DNA from: Nitrospirota bacterium
Lineage (GTDB): Bacteria > Nitrospirota > UBA9217
DNA: 64,000 nucleotides
Direction of reading: 5' to 3'
Assembly: GCA_963790205.1 (NCBI GenBank)
Contig: CAWBNQ010000001.1
Location: forward strand, 928,001-992,000
The position numbers were made by a program, and so were the translations under genes. Below are positions 58,002 through 64,000 of this stretch, in pieces. The notes beneath the pieces are model-generated. The model was not told where the DNA came from, did not search any database, and saw only the letters and a program-made list of their open reading frames with translations. Positions within the stretch are counted from its first letter, which is position 1, and the number at the start of each line of letters is the position of its first letter.

Positions 58002-59921
58002 TTATGCTTTTCCAATTTCCCCGCCGAACAGTTCCGCGACCTTCTTTACCAGAGCAGGCAGCGACGGGTCCCGCGCGCCCATGAGAAGAACGCAGTCCCC
58101 CGTGTTCGCACCGGCTTTTAATTTGGCCAATAGCTCATCGCGATCGCTGAGCGCTTGTGCTGTGAAAGCTACAGGACCGAGGCCATTGATGATGTCGTTC
58201 GAGGATATGTTCTTTTGCGCAGTTCCGCCGGCATAATAGATCGGCAAAAGATAAAGTAAGTCGTTGTTCCGGAAGATCGTCCGAAAGGTCGCGATGTATT
58301 CATCTCTGAGGAACCGGGTCGGGCCGAAGCCATGCGGCTGGTATACGGCAATAATGCGGCCGGACAGGCCCCGCGCTGCGCGAACAACAGCCGCTATCTT
58401 TGCCGGATTATGAGCGAAGTCATCGACCACGTGCACATTCCGGTTCGTCCGTGTTACAGAAAAACGCCGGGCCACCCCCTCATAATTCCTTACCGCTTCG
58501 GCAAGCGGCACCGGCTCGCATCCGAAATGCTCGCAAACGCAGAGCGCTGCGCACAAATTTTCAAGATTGTGTTCCCCCGGAAGGGGCAGATGATATTCCG
58601 TGCCTCCGCGAACAAGCTTGACCGAAGCCGGCAGGAGCTCTGCACGATCCGGCCGCCACGAGCCCGAACCATTCCGTCCGAAGCGCACGCTCGCAGGAAG
58701 GGAAGCAAGGACCGGGTCGTCGGCATTGGAAGCCGTCCAGGGAGATCGGGTGGCCAGTGTTTCGAAAAGCGTTTTTATCTCGTCAATGGTTTTGTGGTCC
58801 TTGGAAATGTTCAGGATGACCGCGGCCTCGGGACGGTATTTGACAAGCGTTCCGTCGCTTTCGTCCGCCTCCACGACCAGGAGCTCGGAGCCGCCGCTGT
58901 AGGCGTTGCCGATAAGCCCTTCCTTTTCGAGCCTGCGGAGCCCGGCGCCGCTTATGAGAGAGGGCGATTTTCCGCAGGCGGTCAGAAATTCGAATATCAT
59001 CGCGGTCACCGTGGACTTTCCGCTGGTGCCGGCCACGGCGATCGTCCTTTTCATGGCGATGAGAACGGCGAGCAGATCGGAGCGATGGATGATGGGGATG
59101 CCCCGCTCGCGCGCGGCAGCGATGTCGGGATTCGAGTCTTCTATTGCGGTCGAGACGCAGACGATGTCGGTATCCGCGCTGATTCCGGAACCGTCCTGCT
59201 GGGCAATGGCGCACCAGAGCCCTTCAAGCGATCTCCGGATAACTGCCGTATCATCGCTCGCATGAAAGCGATCGGAGCCCGAGACCGTGATCCCCTGAAA
59301 GCGCAGGTACTGCGCCAGCGCGCTCATGCCGCTGCCGAAGATCCCGGTAAAATGGACGCTGCGGCATTTATTCTCGTTGATGACAAGCGGCGGAGGGTCG
59401 ATGTACACGAGCGTGCCTTCCTTGACCGTTTCGAACAAACGAATGACGTCGTGATTGCGCATGCACACGCACCCGTGCGAAAGGGGAGTGCCGATGAGGT
59501 CCTCCCGGCCGGTGCCGTGGATATAGATGTAGCGCTCGTAGGAATCCACGCCCGCGCCCTTGTTGATCCCTTCCTCAAGGCCTTCGAGCCGCAGGATGCG
59601 GGTCAGGATCAGATTGTCCCCGGTCTGGCTGTGATCCCAGTGCTCTCCCGTGTCCTCGCGGTCCCTGAAAACGCGTCCCGGGGGCGCGCCGGCCCCGAAC
59701 TTCTCCTTGATCCGGTGAACACCGAGCGGCGTTTTGAGCGAGTTCTCCCGGTTGCCGGTGCCGTAACGGGACGTGGAGGCGTTGTATCGCTCGACGATCG
59801 TATTGTTTCTGCAGACGAGGAGCGTTTGCGTCTCTATGGACACTACGAGATAACGCTCTCCCGGGTCGGGCAGATGCTTCTTGAGGATCTCGTAAATACG
59901 ATGCAAGCGAGGAGTTGTCAT
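58002..59921 (-). CDS. fusion of a YkuD (L,D-transpeptidase/carboxypeptidase) domain and a MurC/Mpl-type Mur ligase
   Basis: KTPLGVH, YIYIHGT..SHGCVCM; HFTGIFGSGMSALA, AGTSGKSTVT, EADESDG, DDFAHNP, YQPHG. Confidence 0.88.
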   Translation of the reverse strand: MTTPRLHRIYEILKKHLPDPGERYLVVSIETQTLLVCRNNTIVERYNASTSRYGTGNRENSLKTPLGVHRIKEKFGAGAPPGRVFRDREDTGEHWDHSQTGDNLILTRILRLEGLEEGINKGAGVDSYERYIYIHGTGREDLIGTPLSHGCVCMRNHDVIRLFETVKEGTLVYIDPPPLVINENKCRSVHFTGIFGSGMSALAQYLRFQGITVSGSDRFHASDDTAVIRRSLEGLWCAIAQQDGSGISADTDIVCVSTAIEDSNPDIAAARERGIPIIHRSDLLAVLIAMKRTIAVAGTSGKSTVTAMIFEFLTACGKSPSLISGAGLRRLEKEGLIGNAYSGGSELLVVEADESDGTLVKYRPEAAVILNISKDHKTIDEIKTLFETLATRSPWTASNADDPVLASLPASVRFGRNGSGSWRPDRAELLPASVKLVRGGTEYHLPLPGEHNLENLCAALCVCEHFGCEPVPLAEAVRNYEGVARRFSVTRTNRNVHVVDDFAHNPAKIAAVVRAARGLSGRIIAVYQPHGFGPTRFLRDEYIATFRTIFRNNDLLYLLPIYYAGGTAQKNISSNDIINGLGPVAFTAQALSDRDELLAKLKAGANTGDCVLLMGARDPSLPALVKKVAELFGGEIGKA

Positions 59922-59932
59922 ATGCCATTGAC

Positions 59933-59961
59933 ATAATAATGGCTGCTTCGGCGCATGTCAA
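59933..59961 (-). promoter_or_regulatory. sigma70-type promoter of the YkuD-Mur gene
   Basis: Minus strand TTGACA-17 nt-TATTAT, 11 nt before the ATG. Confidence 0.65.
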
Positions 59962-60008
59962 GACGATAGGTGGCATATTTTTTTTAGATGGTGTAAAATG
60001 ATCACGAG

Positions 60009-60215
60009 GTGAAAAGAATGATCATCCGTTACCCAAGAACCGCTGACAAAGATGGGCCTGGGAAAGAGAAAAAAAACGGGGAACATCACACGGGACATCA
60101 AGGAGAGGCAGGCAACGACGCCTGCAGGTGCAAGGAGGTCTCGAAAATGACGCCCCGGCAGCTTCTCGGGACCATGTTCAGCGACCTGGCTTTCTGGAAG
60201 AAATCGAAAAAGTAA
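60009..60215 (+). CDS. small hypothetical protein
   Basis: ORF with CRCKEVSKMTPRQLL..DLAFWKK; start uncertain. Confidence 0.5.
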   Translation: MKRMIIRYPRTADKDGPGKEKKNGEHHTGHQGEAGNDACRCKEVSKMTPRQLLGTMFSDLAFWKKSKK

Positions 60216-60226
60216 CCAATTAATTC

Positions 60227-60298
60227 GTCATGCCCGTGAAAACGGGCATCCAGCAAAAGAAACCGGAAACCCTGGGTTCCCGCTTTCGCGGGAATGAC
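60227..60298. repeat. REP-like element (GTCAT.CCCG.GAAA.CGGG.ATCCAG type)
   Basis: gtcatgcccgtgaaaacgggcatccag...ctgggttcccgctttcgcgggaatgac, two inverted hairpin units. Confidence 0.8.
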
Positions 60299-60313
60299 GG
60301 GAGGGAAGAAGCA

Positions 60314-60910
60314 ATGGGTGAGAAACAGGTATTCCAGCCTCTTACGAGGGAAGATACAATAACGGTCGTGCTCTACCGCATAGGTATTATTCTGTCCGCT
60401 GTTATCATGATCGGGTTGGCGTTTGTCCTGGCAACTGCATCTTCCAGCTCCGGCACGCCGCTCTATGCGGATATTCTCCTGTACGGCCTCTATGCATCCG
60501 TCGGGATGAGCGTATTCTTCATCCATCTGTACATCGGCAAATTCAAAAGTTTCCTGAAAAACCTGTATTACATCGGCCTTGTCTGTTTTGCCGTACTCCT
60601 CTTCATGGGGAAGGGATCACCCGCGGCCGCGCTCCTTCGCGAACCCTCCGGCGCGCTGTTCCTCCTGCCGCTTTCCGGATGCCTCGGATTCGTGACCGCG
60701 AAAGAGGCCTTCTGCTTTCAGCTCTTCGAGGGATATCTCCTGGCCATGATCATGCCGATCTACCTGCTGCTGGTCTCCGGCAGCATCCTCACTCGCGCGG
60801 GCGTGTCCTCCGGTCTGGTCCTGATCGCCGTCATGCTCGTCGTCTTCACGCTGCGAAAAGCATTCATGCCCCTCGCTTTTGATATCGGCGACAAATCCGC
60901 GTATCGCTAG
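60314..60910 (+). CDS. integral membrane protein (DUF2301-like)
   Basis: FIHLYI, FVTAKEAFCF, DIGDKSAY; multiple TMs. Confidence 0.8.
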   Translation: MGEKQVFQPLTREDTITVVLYRIGIILSAVIMIGLAFVLATASSSSGTPLYADILLYGLYASVGMSVFFIHLYIGKFKSFLKNLYYIGLVCFAVLLFMGKGSPAAALLREPSGALFLLPLSGCLGFVTAKEAFCFQLFEGYLLAMIMPIYLLLVSGSILTRAGVSSGLVLIAVMLVVFTLRKAFMPLAFDIGDKSAYR

Positions 60911-60969
60911 AACAGCAAGCTTGAGTATTGCTATTTGCCTTTCAATCGCCCTAAGAACCTCTTGAACTC

Positions 60970-61128
60970 TTCCCGATCGTGCGTTACGTGTGCAAGAATA
61001 TTCACCAACCGAGCGATTGTATAACGGAAAAATTCATAGACCCGGTCAAGGCCTGGAAGATCTCTGGCCTGCCGAACCCCGGCGAGGAAGTGATCATGTT
61101 CAAGGCCTGGGAGCCGCTCGGGTATTGA
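60970..61128 (+). pseudogene. 3' fragment of a DsrC/TusE-like gene duplicating 21296-21454
   Basis: FPIVRYVCKNIHQPSDCITEKFIDPVKAWKISGLPNPGEEVIMFKAWEPLGY*; in-frame stop at 60952 upstream, N-terminal half missing. Confidence 0.88.
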
Positions 61129-61296
61129 CATACGATCTGCCGCTTAAGCTTCCCCCATTTCCACGCAATTAACCTATCCTTTACATTTCAATCGATTTGT
61201 AATATCCTCGTCGTTGGCGCCTCATTGTTGAAGCGCTGTTTTTGCGAGTTTTAAGGCAATTACTAGAATAACCCGTTTCAATAGAAAGATAACTTA

Positions 61297-63717
61297 ATGG
61301 CGATCAAGAAAAGCGAACTCTACAGTTCCCTCTGGGCAAGCTGTGACGAGTTGCGCGGCGGCATGGATGCCAGCCAGTACAAGGACTACGTCCTGGTGCT
61401 GTTGTTCATCAAATATGTTAGCGACAAGTACGCTGGTCAGCCCTACGCGCCGATCACCATTCCCAAGGGTGCGAGCTTCAAAGATATGGTGGCCTTCAAG
61501 GGCAAGAGCGACATCGGCGACAAAATCAACAAGAAGATCATCGGCCCGCTGGCCAATGCAAACAAACTATCCGATATGCCGGATTTTAACGACGTTAACA
61601 AACTCGGCAGCGGCAAAGAGATGGTGGACCGGCTCACCAACCTCATTGCCATCTTCGAGAACAAGGCGCTCGACTTCTCGATGAACCGCGCAGACGGCGA
61701 CGACATCCTGGGCGACGCCTATGAATACCTCATGCGCCACTTCGCCACCGAGAGCGGCAAGAGCAAGGGCCAGTTCTACACCCCGGCAGAGGTCAGCCGC
61801 ATCATGGCGCAGATCAGCGGCATCAAGAGCGCAAAGACCAGCGCCCGCACTACCGTCTATGACCCCACCTGCGGCTCGGGCTCATTGCTCCTCAAGGTGG
61901 GCGACGAGGCCGGCACTCCGGTCACGCTCTACGGGCAGGAGAAGGATGCCGCCACCAGCGGCCTCGCGCGGATGAACATGATTCTGCACAACAACCCGAC
62001 CGCCCTGATCAAGCAGGGCAACACGCTGGCCAATCCGCTTTTTACAAATGATGACGGCCAGCTCAAGACCTTCGACTACGTTGTCGCCAATCCGCCGTTC
62101 TCCGACAAACGCTGGAGCACCGGCATCGATCCGCTTAACGACCCGCACGAGCGCTTCCAGTCCTTTGGCACGCCGCCCGCCAAGCAGGGCGATTACGCCT
62201 ACCTGCTGCACATCGTCCGCTCGCTCAAGAGCACCGGCAAGGGCGCGTGCATTCTGCCGCACGGCGTGCTGTTCCGCGGCAACGCCGAAGCGGACATTCG
62301 CAAGAACCTCATCCGTAAGGGGTACATCAAGGGCATCATCGGTTTGCCCGCCAATCTCTTTTACGGCACCGGCATTCCCGCCTGCATCGTCGTCATCGAC
62401 AAACAGGATTCCCAGGCCCGCAAGGGTATCTTCATGATCGACGCCAGCGCAGGCTTTATGAAGGACGGCCCCAAGAATCGTTTGCGCAGCCAGGATATCC
62501 ACAGGATCGTCGATGTGTTCAACCGCCAGCTCGAGGCGCCCCACTTTGCGCGCATGGTCGGCGTTGCCGAGATTGAGAAGAACGAATTCAATCTCAACTT
62601 GCCGCGCTACATCGACAGCCAGACACCAGAGGATATTCAGGACATCGCCGGCCATTTGCAAGGCGGAATTCCTTCTGCCGATGTGGAGGCGCTGGCGCCT
62701 TACTGGGCGGTCTGCCCCGCGCTCAAGGCCGGCTTGTTCAAGAATAACCGCAAGGGCTACCTCAACCTCAAGGTGGACAAGGCGACTATAAAGACCACCA
62801 TTTACGAACACCCGGAGTTCGCCGACTTCATCACCAAAATGAACGCGCACTTCGCCGCGTGGCGCAAAAAGAGCGCTGCCACGCTTAAAACGCTCAAGGC
62901 CGGTTTCCACCCCAAGGAACTGATCATCACGCTGTCGGAGGGGCTTCTTGCCCACTATGCAGATAAACCGCTCATCGACGCCTATGACGTCTACCAACAC
63001 CTCATGGATTACTGGGCGGAAACCATGCAGGACGACGCGTACCTCATCGCTGTCGATGGATGGAAGGCGACAACTTACCGGGTGATCGAAACCAAGAAGG
63101 GCAAGGACGGAAAACCCGGCAAAGAAGTGGACAAGGGCTGGGCCTGCGACCTCGTACCCAAGCCCCTCATCGTTGCGCGCTACTATGCCAAGGAGCAGGC
63201 TGCCATCGACCAACTCACCGTTGATCTGGACAGCGTCATTGCCAAGCTCGTTGAGCTGGAGGAAGAACAAGGCGGTGAGGAGGGTGCGTTCTCGGAGCTC
63301 GACAAGGTGAACAAGGCGAGCATCACTGCAAGGCTGAGAGAGATTGATCTGACGGAGCAGGCTAATGGGACGGAACGGAAGGCGCTGCAGGAATGGCTGC
63401 AACTGAGCAACGAAGAAGCTGACCTCAAGAAGCGCCTGAAAGACGCCGAGGCCGCGCTCGATGCCAGGGCGCTCGCGCACTACCCCAAGCTCACGGAGGC
63501 CGAGGTCAAGACGCTGGCGGTGGACGACAAATGGCTCGCCGCACTCGATGCCGCCATCCACGGCGAGATGGACCGCGTGAGCCAGCAGCTCACGACGCGC
63601 GTGAAGGAACTGGCCGAGCGCTACGAGACGCCGCTGCCACAGGTGACGAGCCGTGTGGCTGAGCTGGAAAAAAGAGTGAACCGCCACCTGGCGAAGATGG
63701 GGTTCTCATGGAAGTGA
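61297..63717 (+). CDS. hsdM: type I restriction-modification methyltransferase HsdM with C-terminal extension
   Basis: LWASCDELRGGMD, GQFYTP, YDPTCGSGSLL, VANPPF, LPHGVLFRG. Confidence 0.96.
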   Translation: MAIKKSELYSSLWASCDELRGGMDASQYKDYVLVLLFIKYVSDKYAGQPYAPITIPKGASFKDMVAFKGKSDIGDKINKKIIGPLANANKLSDMPDFNDVNKLGSGKEMVDRLTNLIAIFENKALDFSMNRADGDDILGDAYEYLMRHFATESGKSKGQFYTPAEVSRIMAQISGIKSAKTSARTTVYDPTCGSGSLLLKVGDEAGTPVTLYGQEKDAATSGLARMNMILHNNPTALIKQGNTLANPLFTNDDGQLKTFDYVVANPPFSDKRWSTGIDPLNDPHERFQSFGTPPAKQGDYAYLLHIVRSLKSTGKGACILPHGVLFRGNAEADIRKNLIRKGYIKGIIGLPANLFYGTGIPACIVVIDKQDSQARKGIFMIDASAGFMKDGPKNRLRSQDIHRIVDVFNRQLEAPHFARMVGVAEIEKNEFNLNLPRYIDSQTPEDIQDIAGHLQGGIPSADVEALAPYWAVCPALKAGLFKNNRKGYLNLKVDKATIKTTIYEHPEFADFITKMNAHFAAWRKKSAATLKTLKAGFHPKELIITLSEGLLAHYADKPLIDAYDVYQHLMDYWAETMQDDAYLIAVDGWKATTYRVIETKKGKDGKPGKEVDKGWACDLVPKPLIVARYYAKEQAAIDQLTVDLDSVIAKLVELEEEQGGEEGAFSELDKVNKASITARLREIDLTEQANGTERKALQEWLQLSNEEADLKKRLKDAEAALDARALAHYPKLTEAEVKTLAVDDKWLAALDAAIHGEMDRVSQQLTTRVKELAERYETPLPQVTSRVAELEKRVNRHLAKMGFSWK

Positions 63718-64000
63718 AGCGCGGATATAAGCAGACCGAGGTTGGGGTGATTCCGGAGGATTGGGAGGCTGTTGCTGTTGGCAGTCTCGCCTCTTTCACT
63801 TCCGGTAGCGGTATCAGTGTGGCGGCTCTCCGTCGCGAGTCTTCTGACGCTCCCGTGCCCGTCTTCGGTGGCAACGGTATTGCTGGGTACACGACCAGGT
63901 TCACCGTAAGGGAACCGATTGTTGTTGTGGGGCGTGTTGGTCAAAAGTGCGGAGAGGTGTACCTTACCACCGGACCAGCGTGGATTACCGATAATGCGCT
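63708..64000 (+). CDS. hsdS: type I R-M specificity subunit HsdS, 5' part only
   Basis: MEVKRGYKQTEVGVIPEDWE..VPVFGGNGIAGY..IVVVGRVG; overlaps the hsdM stop and runs off the window. Confidence 0.9.
   Translation, partial: MEVKRGYKQTEVGVIPEDWEAVAVGSLASFTSGSGISVAALRRESSDAPVPVFGGNGIAGYTTRFTVREPIVVVGRVGQKCGEVYLTTGPAWITDNA

Noticed and set aside
61882..63687. Long antisense/shadow ORFs (601 aa here; also 2787-4061, 58332-59936, 46957-48204, 15872-17044, 7408-8511)
   Set aside because: They lie opposite well-supported genes, lack motifs, and are expected from GC-rich codon bias.

Overview
This is a GC-rich bacterial chromosomal segment. Gene content and small-protein style suggest Nitrospirota or a deltaproteobacterium-like organism (inference only). 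From left to right: (1) a partial ABC ATPase, arfB, a spermidine-synthase-like methyltransferase, then three neighbouring genes each broken by one 1-nt indel (two-CW protein, Uup-like ABC-F, soluble double-PAS chemoreceptor); (2) dusB and the core cluster ffh-rpsP-rimM-trmD-rplS-rnhB-yraN, then hicBA, rimO, a short S1 protein and putA, interspersed with palindromes built from 7-nt repeats; (3) an accessory stress/envelope region (DUF302, DsrC/TusE-like protein lacking the C-terminal cysteines, USP, ABC-MFP-TolC exporter, BON protein, two lmo0937-like peptides, B12 radical SAM, AI-2E, AsmA, VOC, F420-reductase-like protein, K-channel-like protein); (4) an RRM protein-rpsU-small basic peptide unit, a histidine pseudokinase, a FadD-like ligase and a 1.3k-aa surface protein; (5) a split NHEJ cluster (two Ku genes, stand-alone LigD polymerase with a motif-III Asp>Asn change, PE-ligase, DUF72), an HtrA-like protease and a cytoplasmic YkuD-Mur ligase fusion; (6) a duplicated 3' piece of the DsrC-like gene followed by type I R-M hsdM and a partial hsdS. 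No rRNA, tRNA, CRISPR array, integrase or transposase was recognised. The most notable observations are the YkuD-Mur ligase fusion, the two-Ku split NHEJ cluster, repeated leaderless-type promoter geometry, heptamer-repeat palindromes before ribosomal protein genes and the att-like dsrC duplication. All calls rest on motif recognition by eye; no searches were run.
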